A stretch of 64,000 nt of DNA from an uncultured Gammaproteobacteria bacterium. GTDB taxonomy: Bacteria > Pseudomonadota > Gammaproteobacteria > JAURND01. A program made the translations under genes and the position numbers. Numbering within the stretch: position 1 is the first letter of the stretch; each line of letters starts with the position of its first letter. The stretch spans positions 250,613-314,612 of the forward strand of contig CAWCOU010000006.1 of NCBI GenBank assembly GCA_963797335.1, in the 5' to 3' direction. This document shows, one piece after another, positions 30,002 through 39,650 of the stretch. A model generated the notes under the pieces. That model had not been told where the DNA came from and did no database searches. It saw only the letters and a program-made list of their open reading frames with translations.

Positions 30002-31977
30002 GTTCCTCACCGAAACGGAAATCACGTCGTTTATATGTCGACATTCTCATCGTATTTGTAACCTTGTTTCTGGTGACGACCATGTTAATTATTGGTTATT
30101 TGCAATACAACCAATACCAACACAGTTTGACTTTTTCCAAAAAAATTGTCAGCCAACGCGGTGAATTAATTGCCAATGAAATTGATAATTATTTAAAACC
30201 AGCGCAGGTGACTCAATTAATCGCCCCCCTCTTTAATCAGGGTTCGCTAGCATTAACCAATAAAGAATATATCACTATTTTTATGGAAGGTGTTTTGCGC
30301 GCCTATCCCTACATGTCTTCAATTTACATGGTCGATAACGAGGGTAACTTTATTGAAGAAGAACGAGTCAACCATAAACTCTATACCAAACCCACTGGCA
30401 AAAACGTACCTCCAAAAACCCAATACATTACCTATTATCTCAAGAAATCAGTCCTAAACGACAAACCCATCCACATGGATACGTATATTTATAAAGACAC
30501 CGAGGGTCACGTGCTCGGCACTGAAACCGCACCGAATATTGATCATTTTAATCCGTATTCTCGCCCCTGGTATCTGGGTGCTAAAAATAATTCGACTAAA
30601 TATTGGTTGGAAGTATATCCTTTCTTCCTATCAAACAATATCGGATTAACCGTTTCGTATCGACTGGTCGATAAAAACCAGCACTTACTAGGCATTATTG
30701 CCAGCGATTTCGACGTCGACAGTTTATCCGATTTTCTAAAAAGTCGTAAAGCAAACCCTCAAGCGTTCAGCTTTATTATTAATGATAAAAAACAATTAAT
30801 CGCCTACTCTGAATTTAACTCTACTCACAATGAAAAAAATGCGCATCTATTACCGATTACTCAACTCAATAATCCGATGATCGTGCAGGCATACCAACAA
30901 TACTTAAAAAAACCGCAGCTGATTTTCCAGATCAAGGTAAACGGCGAAAGTTACCTCGTTTATTTTAAAAATTTCTCTTATGGAGATAACCAATCTTGGT
31001 TAATTGGCTACCTCACGCCGTTAAATGAATTCATAGCACCGCTACAAAAAACAAAAAATGTGGCATTATTCTTTTCTTTTTTGATATTGTTGGTTGGTAT
31101 TTTGCTGATTGCCTTGGTCTCGCGCAATATTTCACGCCCCATTGAATTGTTGACTGAAAGCATGAATCAAATTCAACAATTAAAATTACAAGAGCCCATT
31201 CGCATTGATACCCATATTCAGGAAAATCTAAGCATGATGGATGCGCTGAATAATTTGCGCACCAGCTTATTGTCTTTTAGCGCCTACGTTCCTAAAGAAT
31301 GGGTGGCGCAATTGGTAGGTCAAGGGGAACTTGCCACCTTGGGATTTGATCGTCGCCGGTTAACCATCTTGTTTTCGGACATTACTGGTTTTTCCGCAAT
31401 TGCGGAACAAACTCCTCCCGAACAATTAGCCATTGCTTTAGCGGAATATTTTCAGATTTTATCCGACGTTATCAAGGCACATAACGGCACTATCGATAAA
31501 TACCTAGGCGACGGTATTATGGCTTTCTGGGGCGCACCTTTAGCGGATGAACAGCAAGTCAGTCATGCTTGCCAAGCGGCATTGGTATGTCAGGAAAAAA
31601 TAGCACAGTTAAATGAACGCTGGCTGCAGGAAGGAAAACCTCCATTCCGAACCCGCATCGGCCTCGCTACTGGTAATGCATTAGTAGGCAATATTGGCGC
31701 CGCCGATCGCATGAATTACACGGCCATGGGTGAAGTGGTGAATCTGGCTGCCTACCTGGAGAGCTTAAATAAGCAATTCAACACTCAAATCTTGGTAACT
31801 GAAACCATATATAAACCCTGCGCCAACCAATTTACGTTTACTCCCCTGGGCTCTGTCTTGGCAAAAGGCAGTGACAAAAAAATGACAATCTACCAATTAG
31901 TCGCCCCTAATGAAACCACACCATTTGCCATTCCCGCGCAGGCGGAAAACCATCCTTCCCAGGCACAAACGATTTAA
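29998..31977 (+). CDS. Membrane sensor class III nucleotidyl cyclase (TM - dCache-like - TM - HAMP - cyclase)
   Basis: Two TM helices; FNPYSRPWY Cache motif; ISRPI HAMP start; ILFSDITGFS, IDKYLGDGIMAFWGAP, RIGLATG, GNIG..RMNYTA. Confidence 0.92.
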   Translation: MSSSPKRKSRRLYVDILIVFVTLFLVTTMLIIGYLQYNQYQHSLTFSKKIVSQRGELIANEIDNYLKPAQVTQLIAPLFNQGSLALTNKEYITIFMEGVLRAYPYMSSIYMVDNEGNFIEEERVNHKLYTKPTGKNVPPKTQYITYYLKKSVLNDKPIHMDTYIYKDTEGHVLGTETAPNIDHFNPYSRPWYLGAKNNSTKYWLEVYPFFLSNNIGLTVSYRLVDKNQHLLGIIASDFDVDSLSDFLKSRKANPQAFSFIINDKKQLIAYSEFNSTHNEKNAHLLPITQLNNPMIVQAYQQYLKKPQLIFQIKVNGESYLVYFKNFSYGDNQSWLIGYLTPLNEFIAPLQKTKNVALFFSFLILLVGILLIALVSRNISRPIELLTESMNQIQQLKLQEPIRIDTHIQENLSMMDALNNLRTSLLSFSAYVPKEWVAQLVGQGELATLGFDRRRLTILFSDITGFSAIAEQTPPEQLAIALAEYFQILSDVIKAHNGTIDKYLGDGIMAFWGAPLADEQQVSHACQAALVCQEKIAQLNERWLQEGKPPFRTRIGLATGNALVGNIGAADRMNYTAMGEVVNLAAYLESLNKQFNTQILVTETIYKPCANQFTFTPLGSVLAKGSDKKMTIYQLVAPNETTPFAIPAQAENHPSQAQTI

Positions 31978-32059
31978 AAACTATCTAAGTTTAATTTCGA
32001 TAGGACGAAAGAAACCTATTTGCCTACTAAGAATGGATTTCCACGTGCATGGGAATGAC
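31927..32059. repeat. Degenerate palindromic repeat, family D (GTCATTCCCGCGCAGGCGGGAATCCA type)
   Basis: GCCATTCCCGCGCAGGCGGAAAACCAT ... ATGGATTTCCACGTGCATGGGAATGAC; left arm lies inside the cyclase 3' end. Confidence 0.65.
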
Positions 32060-32103
32060 TTATTGCTTGTTGCATAAAACGAGTCGCTCACGGCGTTTCA
32101 GGG

Positions 32104-33666
32104 TTATAAATACCTTTGTTGGTAATCATCCACAGATCCGGCAAACGGTTGCAATTTCCCTTCCTCAATCAAGAATAACTCATCGACTAAGGTTCGTAAT
32201 AAATAACGATCATGAGAAACCAAAATGAGTGCACCTTCGTAGTTTTGCAGAGCAAAACTCAATGCTTGCCGCATGTCTAGATCCAAGTGGTTAGTTGGTT
32301 CATCTAACAGTAATAAATTAGGTCGTTGCCAGATAATTAATGCTAAAGCAACGCGCGCTTTTTCGCCACCCGAAAATTGCTTGATCGGTGATAGGGATTG
32401 GTCACGATTAAAGCCAAAGCCCCCCAAGTAAGTTAATAATTCTTTCTCTGATTTACTGTTTGGCAACTCTTTAAACAATGCCAAAGGTGAAATTTCAATA
32501 GGCAAATAATCAATTTGATGCTGGGCAAAATAACCAATATTAAGAGAAGAAGCGCGCTCCACCACTCCGGATTGGGGTGGTAATTCACCGCACATGGCTT
32601 TGATAAAAGTCGATTTACCGGCACCATTCACGCCCAGTAGTCCGATGCGTTCACCCGCCATCAAGCTGAAGTTGATTTGTTTAATAATACAACGATCTTC
32701 GTAGCCAAAATTGCCTTTACGAATGGTCAACATCGGATTAGGCATACGATCTGGCTTCAGGAACTGAAACCGAAATCCAGACTGTTCATAAACGGGTTTA
32801 ATTAATTCCAATTTCTCCACAGCTTTTAATCGGCTTTGCGCTTGTTTGGCTTTGGAGGCTTTAAACCGAAACCGATCGACAAATGCCATCATGTGGCCAA
32901 TTTGCGCTTGTTGTTTTTTGAATTGCGCATTCTGAATCGCTATTTGTTGAGCACGCTGTATTTCAAATGAGGAATAATTTCCGGAATATAATTTTAACTC
33001 GCCATTTTCGATATGAGCGATATGACTGACCATTTGATCGAGAAAATCCCGATCATGCGAGACCAGAAGAATAGCCCCTGAAAAGTGTTTTAAATAGTCT
33101 TCCAACCAAAAAATAGCCTCTAAATCCAAATGATTGGTCGGTTCATCTAATAGCAGTAATTCACTGGGAGTATACAAACACTTGGCAAGATTCAAGCGCA
33201 TCCGCCAACCGCCCGAAAAGCTCTTCATCGGCTGGCTATGCTGCTCGTGTGGAAAACCCAAACCAATCAATATCTTAGCCGCTTTGGCTTCCGCGCTATA
33301 ACCATCCATCTCGGCCAGAAGATTATGGCATTCCATCATAGCATCGTAATCCTGGTCTTTTTCCGCTTGACTCAATCGATGCATGACCTTAAACAATGCA
33401 GCATCACCCGAGATAGCATATTCCAGCGCGCTGATATCCAGAGCAGCTGTTTCCTGGGCCACCGAACTGATTCTTAAGTCCCGTTTGGCATCGATTTCCC
33501 CGTGCGATGGCTCCAACTCGCCCCGAATAGCCGCAAACAGCGAAGACTTACCGCAGCCATTGGCCCCGACAATGCCCACCACCATTTTCTCAAAAATATC
33601 GAGGTTAACATGCTGCAAAAGCTCCTTAGCACCCCGTTTAATACCCACATCTTGTAATTTCAACAT
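32104..33666 (-). CDS. ABC-F family ATPase (YheS-like)
   Basis: Two ABC cassettes (GANGCGKS, FSGGWRMR, LLDEPTNHLD; GVNGAGKS, FSGGEKAR), linker KASKAKQAQSR, no TM segments. Confidence 0.9.
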   Translation of the reverse strand: MLKLQDVGIKRGAKELLQHVNLDIFEKMVVGIVGANGCGKSSLFAAIRGELEPSHGEIDAKRDLRISSVAQETAALDISALEYAISGDAALFKVMHRLSQAEKDQDYDAMMECHNLLAEMDGYSAEAKAAKILIGLGFPHEQHSQPMKSFSGGWRMRLNLAKCLYTPSELLLLDEPTNHLDLEAIFWLEDYLKHFSGAILLVSHDRDFLDQMVSHIAHIENGELKLYSGNYSSFEIQRAQQIAIQNAQFKKQQAQIGHMMAFVDRFRFKASKAKQAQSRLKAVEKLELIKPVYEQSGFRFQFLKPDRMPNPMLTIRKGNFGYEDRCIIKQINFSLMAGERIGLLGVNGAGKSTFIKAMCGELPPQSGVVERASSLNIGYFAQHQIDYLPIEISPLALFKELPNSKSEKELLTYLGGFGFNRDQSLSPIKQFSGGEKARVALALIIWQRPNLLLLDEPTNHLDLDMRQALSFALQNYEGALILVSHDRYLLRTLVDELFLIEEGKLQPFAGSVDDYQQRYL

Positions 33667-33929
33667 AACATTTACTCAATAATAACCAAAATTTAACGCG
33701 TTTCCTTGATTCCTCACCACTCAACACCAGTAAATCGTGCCTTAGGATCGTAAATATGTGTTTAACTTATCTCCACATGAGGGAATTGGTAAGGTACACT
33801 ATTCGTAATTAACATCCCCTGAATCGAGGTAGATATGAAAGACGTTCATGACAAAGGAATTATTCCCCATATTTTTTCTCATTACCAAGCATTGCCGACT
33901 TCTGTCACCTTTTTAATAGGAAAGTCATC

Positions 33930-34340
33930 ATGAGTGAAATTAACTACAAAGAAACCGACGGCTATAAAAAAGGCATTGCGTATTTTTTAAGTAAATACGA
34001 ACCTAGCCATATTGAGATACTCAATAAATTATACGAATTTTCACCTGCGTTAGCAGATGTCGTCGTTTCCTTCGGCTTGAATGATATTTGGAGAGACAAA
34101 ACACCTAAACTGACCGATCGAGAAAAAGAGATTGCGGTTTTATCTTCCTTAATAACTTCTTGCACCGTACATTCGGAAATTAAAGCACATGCCCAATGTT
34201 TATTAAATGTGGGGATGACTAAAGAAGAAATCAAAGAAATATTGATTCTACTCACTTTATATATTGGCGTTCCTAAAGTGATTGTTGCTTCTAGATTGAT
34301 TGCAGAAGCCTTTGACGAATACGACGCTGCTCACCGCTAA
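33930..34340 (+). CDS. Carboxymuconolactone decarboxylase/AhpD-like protein
   Basis: LTDREKEIAVLSSL, EIKAHAQCLLNVGMTKEEIKE, YIGVPK. Confidence 0.85.
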   Translation: MSEINYKETDGYKKGIAYFLSKYEPSHIEILNKLYEFSPALADVVVSFGLNDIWRDKTPKLTDREKEIAVLSSLITSCTVHSEIKAHAQCLLNVGMTKEEIKEILILLTLYIGVPKVIVASRLIAEAFDEYDAAHR

Positions 34341-34370
34341 AGCCAGCTACCCCATGGCATTCGCCAAGCG

Positions 34371-34437
34371 TCGTCCCCGGCATGGGGATCCTTCTCCCAC
34401 AAGGGGAGAAGGAGTTTTTGGATCCCTGCCGGGACGA
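34371..34437. repeat. Small nested palindrome / possible bidirectional terminator
   Basis: TCGTCCCCGGCA..GGATCC / GGATCC..TGCCGGGACGA enclosing CCTTCTCCC-ACAAG-GGGAGAAGG (family B-like), between convergent genes. Confidence 0.6.
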
Positions 34438-34453
34438 GGTTACAGTAAATGAC

Positions 34454-35545
34454 TTATCGGTAATAATTAACAGCGACGACTGCGGAATTGAATTGAGCCG
34501 CATTACGACCGGCAACCGAGAACCATGGGCCAGCTATAACTCCCCAATGTGAATTGAAGTTATATTCCATAGCCGGTGCGAGACTCAATTCTTCACCGGA
34601 AGGACCGTTTTGAATAGCAGGTAAGCCTTCGGCGTTGGTTCCGGGCACACCCGCAAACGTGGATTTACCATTAGCAGTGTACAAAATATCTAATGCCGGT
34701 ACCCAATGCTTAGTCAAAGTGTATTCTAAACCCAAATCAGCACTGAATTGATCGCCCAAATGCTCTCTGCCACTTGTTTCATTATTCCCACCGAAAGCAT
34801 TGACACCTTGCACTTCTGAGCTAGCAGGTAGCGAATATCCCAAAGACAGGCGATCATTAAAATACTTAGTTTCACTCAATTGCCAGGCATGTTGGAAGTT
34901 CAAAGCAAAGCTGGTTTGGTAAGCACCTCTACCCGTGGAGTCAGTTCCAAGTTCGTCAGGATCTAAACCTTCAAAATTACCGGTAGGGAAGGTTTCACTG
35001 ACGACGGCGCGAACGCTGGGGTGCCAAAAGTTATTTTTAACACCTTTGAACAGCTGAAAACCTAAACCAAATGTGGCATCTCCCGCACCTTGGTTAGTGT
35101 GACCATCGGTGTGATTAAATACGTAAGGTATGGTCGCATTAAAATCCATAAATTTGGTAACGCCTATGCCAATGGAGGCTGTAGGGGTCACTGTATAGAA
35201 ATTATTCATATTGTGAACAGTTTTACCTTCGGCATTAAAAATGCCATAGGCGTTGGTCGCAAATAAATAAGTTTCAATGTTAATGTGGCCTGGCTCAACC
35301 GTATTACCACCGCCGGCAAGCAAGGGACCTACGAACCAGGGAAGATCTTCATCCGCTGAAGGAGCTGGTGGCACAGGTGGGGTAGCTACAGTGGTTGCAT
35401 CATCCGCTGATGAAGGATCGCCCAAAGCCAGAACATTACCTGACCAAGTTAGGCAGGCAAGCGTGGCAGCTGTGGTGAGTAGGATGGGGGTTTTTTGGAT
35501 TTTTTTCATAATTGATCTACCTAGTCTGGTTGATTTTCTTGCCAT
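34454..35545 (-). CDS. Exported protein, probable outer-membrane beta-barrel (phenol MetA-like transporter family possible)
   Basis: Signal peptide, PWFVGPLLA, alternating aromatic strands, FPTG, aromatic C-terminus; start uncertain (35545 or 35509). Confidence 0.6.
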   Translation of the reverse strand: MARKSTRLGRSIMKKIQKTPILLTTAATLACLTWSGNVLALGDPSSADDATTVATPPVPPAPSADEDLPWFVGPLLAGGGNTVEPGHINIETYLFATNAYGIFNAEGKTVHNMNNFYTVTPTASIGIGVTKFMDFNATIPYVFNHTDGHTNQGAGDATFGLGFQLFKGVKNNFWHPSVRAVVSETFPTGNFEGLDPDELGTDSTGRGAYQTSFALNFQHAWQLSETKYFNDRLSLGYSLPASSEVQGVNAFGGNNETSGREHLGDQFSADLGLEYTLTKHWVPALDILYTANGKSTFAGVPGTNAEGLPAIQNGPSGEELSLAPAMEYNFNSHWGVIAGPWFSVAGRNAAQFNSAVVAVNYYR

Positions 35546-35790
35546 TATTCACATAGAGATGCAAATAGCATTTTTTAGCAAAATTTTTGAAAAGCCACAT
35601 ATTGTAACCCAAAATGTTAAGCTGACAAGTTTTTTTTATACCGTTTTGCTGCTCACATTTTTGATAGCGGCCAAGGTCGCATCCTCAAGTACAAACGCTA
35701 GGTATTCTGCTCTATAAATGCGCCTGTGATAAATCCGCCTAATTTTGTTGTTGTCTTAGATAAACCGAGTTCTACTGGTAGCTGGCCTTT

Positions 35791-37776
35791 TTACATCATT
35801 GGGGGGGCAGTTGACGTTTGGGTACTCACGATGGCTTCATCTTCTAATGAAAGCGCTGCAAAATTACGAATTAACTCTAGAGCTTGCGAATGCCCTTTTA
35901 CTACTGCTTTCATTAAATAATTATTTGCTTCTCCTAAATTTTTTTCACAACCTAAACCTTTTAAAAAACAATACCCCGCTTGATAGGCTGCTTCAGAATT
36001 GTTATCTGCCGCTTCAAGAAACCACCGTAAAGCTTGTTTTGGATCCTGCTTCAAACCCTCCTCTCCATTTAAAAATAGTTTTCCTACCTTGAGCTGCGCC
36101 TCGATATTGCCTCGGTTTGCCTCAGAAACAAGATCCCCCGCGCATTGCGCTTTAGATGGAGAGTGGATAGCGTCATATCGCTTGGATATTTGATTAAATT
36201 TTTCCGTTCCCTCAATGCATCCTCTCTCTTTGGCATAACCATAGTACCCAAGAGCCATCTCTAAATTCCTAGAAGAAACACCCAAACCCTCTCGGTAACA
36301 ATCACCCAATGTATTTATTAACTCAAGACTGGAGGTGCGGCGATCAAATTTCTGATGTTCTAATACTTTTACTGCTTCACTAAGCCCTTGCTTAGCTGCC
36401 AAAATAAAATAATTTACGGCTTTTTCTTGATCTCCTCGGCTACTCTGTTTGTTATGCCAATCTCCCAGCTCGTATTGAGCAGGGGCATAACCTTGCTCAG
36501 CCGCTAAAAGAATACATCTCCAGGATGCTTTAAAATTTTTTTCTACGCCTATCCCCTTTCGATAACATAGGCCCTGCTTAAACTGAGCAGGGGCATGGTT
36601 TTGCTTTGCTGCTAGGGAATAAAAATTAAACGCTTCTGATTCATTTCGCTCAATCCCAATACCTTTTTCATAATAAATACCTAATTCGTATTGGGCAGGA
36701 GCATAACCTTGCTCAGCGGCAAGATCATAATATCTACAAGCCTCCATAAGGTTTTTTTCCATACCATTGGTGCCATTGGCACAATCATTACCAAGAGAAA
36801 AATTCTTTTTTGCTTCCCCAAGACTAGCTCCCGTTTTTATATCCAGCGGTATTTCTTCAACAATACGGCCTTCAGGTGTAGGCAATGGCATTTTTTTTAA
36901 ATCAGAGTTCCAAAAAGTGGGAGAATTTGGAAAATAAACATCCGAAATTCTTAATGATTCAAGGGTAGAGGAATTTGGAACCAAACCATCCGGAATTTTT
37001 GATGATTCATTTGAATTTTTTTTATGTTCACTTTTCTCTTCGTCTGGCGGAGGTTCGACAGGGTCCTGAGACTGAGGAACTGAAAGCTGTACTCCTTCAG
37101 CGCTATTAAGAGATGTTTTATTGAGAAAAGCAAATGTGGGACTCGATACTAAGCTTTCTGCTTCAATTTTTTTACGGTACTTGTCAATATCTATATTTAG
37201 CAAACCTAATCTAACCACTAGAAAAACATCTTTTTTTAATGCATCGGACTTTCCCCTCGGGATTTCTGTCCTTAATCGAAGAAGATCAACTTTTGCCTGG
37301 CCGAGAAACTTTTCCGTATTATATTTTGTTCTAAACTCTTTCGGATTAATACCCGCGTTGCTAAAAGCTTCCTCTTCTTTCCTAAGTAAGTCCTGCATTC
37401 CCATTGAACGCTTCATCATTAGGAATACATATGGCACATAAAAGCTATCAACGAAATCAAGCGCAAATTGATGTTTATTATTAAAATTCTCCAGGGCTAT
37501 TAATAACTTCGGATCAGAGTTTTGCGATGGGGTCAAACCAAGCTCTTTCTCAAGCAGTTTTTGAATTAGAATAATTTCATGTATAGGAGTTAATTCGCGA
37601 GTTTCTCTACCACGCCGGATATTCTCCAAATTTTTTATTAATTTTTGCTTCTCAGCTGAGGAGAAGAAAATAGACTGACCATACCCTTTTAAATCGCTTA
37701 ATACATTGTCAACTGCCCTGGCTTCTCTACTGATAACTTTAACTTCACTAACACTTTGCACACGTTGAAGCTCCAT
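35791..37776 (-). CDS. Sel1-like repeat protein with unknown N-terminal domain (paralogue A)
   Basis: Repeats AAEQGYAPAQYELGIYYEKGIG, AAKQNHAPAQFKQG etc.; N-terminal ~200 aa homologous to 39633-41591. Confidence 0.88.
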   Translation of the reverse strand: MELQRVQSVSEVKVISREARAVDNVLSDLKGYGQSIFFSSAEKQKLIKNLENIRRGRETRELTPIHEIILIQKLLEKELGLTPSQNSDPKLLIALENFNNKHQFALDFVDSFYVPYVFLMMKRSMGMQDLLRKEEEAFSNAGINPKEFRTKYNTEKFLGQAKVDLLRLRTEIPRGKSDALKKDVFLVVRLGLLNIDIDKYRKKIEAESLVSSPTFAFLNKTSLNSAEGVQLSVPQSQDPVEPPPDEEKSEHKKNSNESSKIPDGLVPNSSTLESLRISDVYFPNSPTFWNSDLKKMPLPTPEGRIVEEIPLDIKTGASLGEAKKNFSLGNDCANGTNGMEKNLMEACRYYDLAAEQGYAPAQYELGIYYEKGIGIERNESEAFNFYSLAAKQNHAPAQFKQGLCYRKGIGVEKNFKASWRCILLAAEQGYAPAQYELGDWHNKQSSRGDQEKAVNYFILAAKQGLSEAVKVLEHQKFDRRTSSLELINTLGDCYREGLGVSSRNLEMALGYYGYAKERGCIEGTEKFNQISKRYDAIHSPSKAQCAGDLVSEANRGNIEAQLKVGKLFLNGEEGLKQDPKQALRWFLEAADNNSEAAYQAGYCFLKGLGCEKNLGEANNYLMKAVVKGHSQALELIRNFAALSLEDEAIVSTQTSTAPPMM

Positions 37777-37824
37777 ACACCCCCTGCTTTAAAGAATCAT
37801 TACTAAATATGCTAAAAATATATA

Positions 37825-37853
37825 ATAATACATATTTTTTTCCAAAAAGTAAA
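37825..37853 (-). promoter_or_regulatory. Sigma70-like promoter of Sel1 paralogue A
   Basis: TTTACT-N17-TATTAT on the minus strand, identical hexamers and spacing at 41644-41672. Confidence 0.6.
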
Positions 37854-38051
37854 GGATAAGGCGTCGATCAAGCCTACTATTATTAAAGATGTAAACTAAT
37901 GTGTTCACGCCCACTCCAACGCGCCTTGAAGACCATACTCGTAGCTGACAAGCATGATTTTCCCACCTGATCTAAAAATCACTTTTAGATCAGTGCCACT
38001 TGTTGCCTGGCAGAGCAAAAAAGTCTTAGCTTCATAAAAACCCTCTGTGGG

Positions 38052-38270
38052 TTATAGCAGCAACCTTCCATCTATTTCCTGGAAAGAGTCCTCAAAGCTT
38101 TCTGGCTCTTCTACCAAACCAGCAAGTAAACCGGTGGTTATCGCGGCTCTTGCCGGTAGTACTTTTAATTTTTGTAGCTCAGCCGGAAACCTTGGATCAT
38201 AATCAAAATCACGATAAATAGCGGTAAGACAGGGCAAACTAGTATCTACTAGAAACTCGGCGAAATCCAT
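38052..38270 (-). pseudogene. Internally deleted third copy of the membrane-protein family (38612-39424 / 41799-42611)
   Basis: EFLVDTSLPCLTAIYRDFDYDPRFPAELQKLKVLPA is nearly identical to 41799-42611 and is fused in frame to the family C-terminus FEDSFQEID. Confidence 0.75.
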
Positions 38271-38307
38271 CGATGATAAAGAATATCTACCCGCCTTATG
38301 TGGAAAA

Positions 38308-38592
38308 TTGTTGACTCTGCAATATCGCGGTGTAGCCTATATAGCTGCCATCACTTCAATGCTCTGTAAAAAGCGGGTTCCTCTATTGTTAACACCCGTG
38401 GGCGACGGGGTGTTTGGGAACCATGTTAAAGCAAATTATGATGCGATGAATTCTATTAGTGATATTATCGAGGGTAGCAATGTGGATGTCGTGCTGCCCA
38501 TCTACAAAAAGAGTGATTTAAGCAACTATCAGGAAAACATCTCCTTTATCAATAACGATATACCTGATTGTCTTAGGCATAGCATTAGGTAG
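38308..38592 (+). pseudogene. Probable 3' fragment of a macrodomain/PARG-like gene
   Basis: LLLTPVGDGVFGN resembles the GxGxFGN loop; no good start codon or RBS. Confidence 0.4.
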
Positions 38593-38611
38593 AGTGGATG
38601 ATATTGCTTAA

Positions 38612-39424
38612 TTATCGACTTCTACCCGATTTGCTGTCATACAATTCTCCAAAGGAATCCTCGAACCCTTTTTCTACTTCTTTCTTAGGGAGTTTAGGTC
38701 TGGGCAAATTTTTATCAATAAAATAATCAAAACCAACCTTACCCCAAAGACCACTCGTAAACCCTCTGCCAGCCCATTTCAAATAATCACCTGTTGTGGG
38801 TGTCTTCAAGGTTCTGTCAATTTCGCTGTATGGCTGTGGATTATCTTTTTCATTTAATTTTTGGGCAATTAACAGGCTTCTTTCAAGTTCAGGCAAATGC
38901 TTAGCCGCTTGGTACGCTTGGGTTGCTGCTCTAGCCAAAATAGCAGCAGCCGCGACCACTGCTAAAAGCAGGGCAGCTCCTACTAGAATTTGCAAAATGA
39001 ACTCACCGCTGACATGGGTTGCAAAATCAGGGCCTAAATGCTCGGAGAAACTTTTTAAAAAAGAATAATCCGTTAGCTCTGAAGCTATGGAGAATCCACT
39101 ATATAACAAAGCGGCAACAGCACTTGCGGCCAATGCGGCTTCTGCTGGCTTTACTTTTAATTCCTGCAATCCACCTGATACAAAATTTTCATTACGCATA
39201 GAATCGGCATGAGCCGTAACAAAGGGTAAAAAGGTGTCCCCCATAAAACGAACAATTTTGCTTGAATAATCGCTATTTTTGGTGGAGTTTTGCTTTACTT
39301 GAGGAAGCTTAGGGAGAAAACTACCCCCATCCACCGATGAACGGGATTTCGAAGACTCAGGCTTAGCTCGCCCTTGCAGAGGTGCTTCAGATTGAGGAAC
39401 TTCTCGAAAACTGTCGCTTGACAT
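38612..39424 (-). CDS. Hypothetical membrane protein with two hydrophobic segments (paralogue A), candidate effector
   Basis: GAGGA RBS; LKVKPAEAA, GPDF, ARAATQAYQA, LLIAQK, LKWAGRGF, KNLPR, EDSF shared with 41799-42611. Confidence 0.8.
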   Translation of the reverse strand: MSSDSFREVPQSEAPLQGRAKPESSKSRSSVDGGSFLPKLPQVKQNSTKNSDYSSKIVRFMGDTFLPFVTAHADSMRNENFVSGGLQELKVKPAEAALAASAVAALLYSGFSIASELTDYSFLKSFSEHLGPDFATHVSGEFILQILVGAALLLAVVAAAAILARAATQAYQAAKHLPELERSLLIAQKLNEKDNPQPYSEIDRTLKTPTTGDYLKWAGRGFTSGLWGKVGFDYFIDKNLPRPKLPKKEVEKGFEDSFGELYDSKSGRSR

Positions 39425-39472
39425 CTTGATATTCCTCTACGTGTAAATGAGCCGATTTCTCTATTTTTTTGT

Positions 39473-39504
39473 AGTTTAGCACGCACAGATTAAGCCATTA
39501 TTAA
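39473..39504 (-). promoter_or_regulatory. PmrA-like box plus -10
   Basis: Minus strand TTAA-N7-TTAA-N11-TAAACT. Confidence 0.5.
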
Positions 39505-39567
39505 AAAAACCATAAACTAGTCGCGATCGATAACTCTGCTTAATGGTCCCAAGTGAGACACTAGCTA

Positions 39568-39650
39568 TGGATATCTGCTTGGAAGCTGGCGTTAATCTGT
39601 TTGACACCGCAAATATATACTCGCTCGGCACCTCAGAAACCATACTCGGC
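39568..39650 (+). repeat. 83-bp diverged copy of an internal segment of the aldo/keto reductase gene (43469-43551)
   Basis: 74/83 identical by manual alignment; encodes DICLEAGVNLFDTANIYSLGTSETILG. Confidence 0.9.

Noticed and set aside
28220-31977. Calling the cyclase/patatin pair a bona fide Pycsar or CBASS system
   Set aside because: The cyclase is a membrane sensor type with adenine-type specificity residues and there is no CD-NTase; only the logic is analogous
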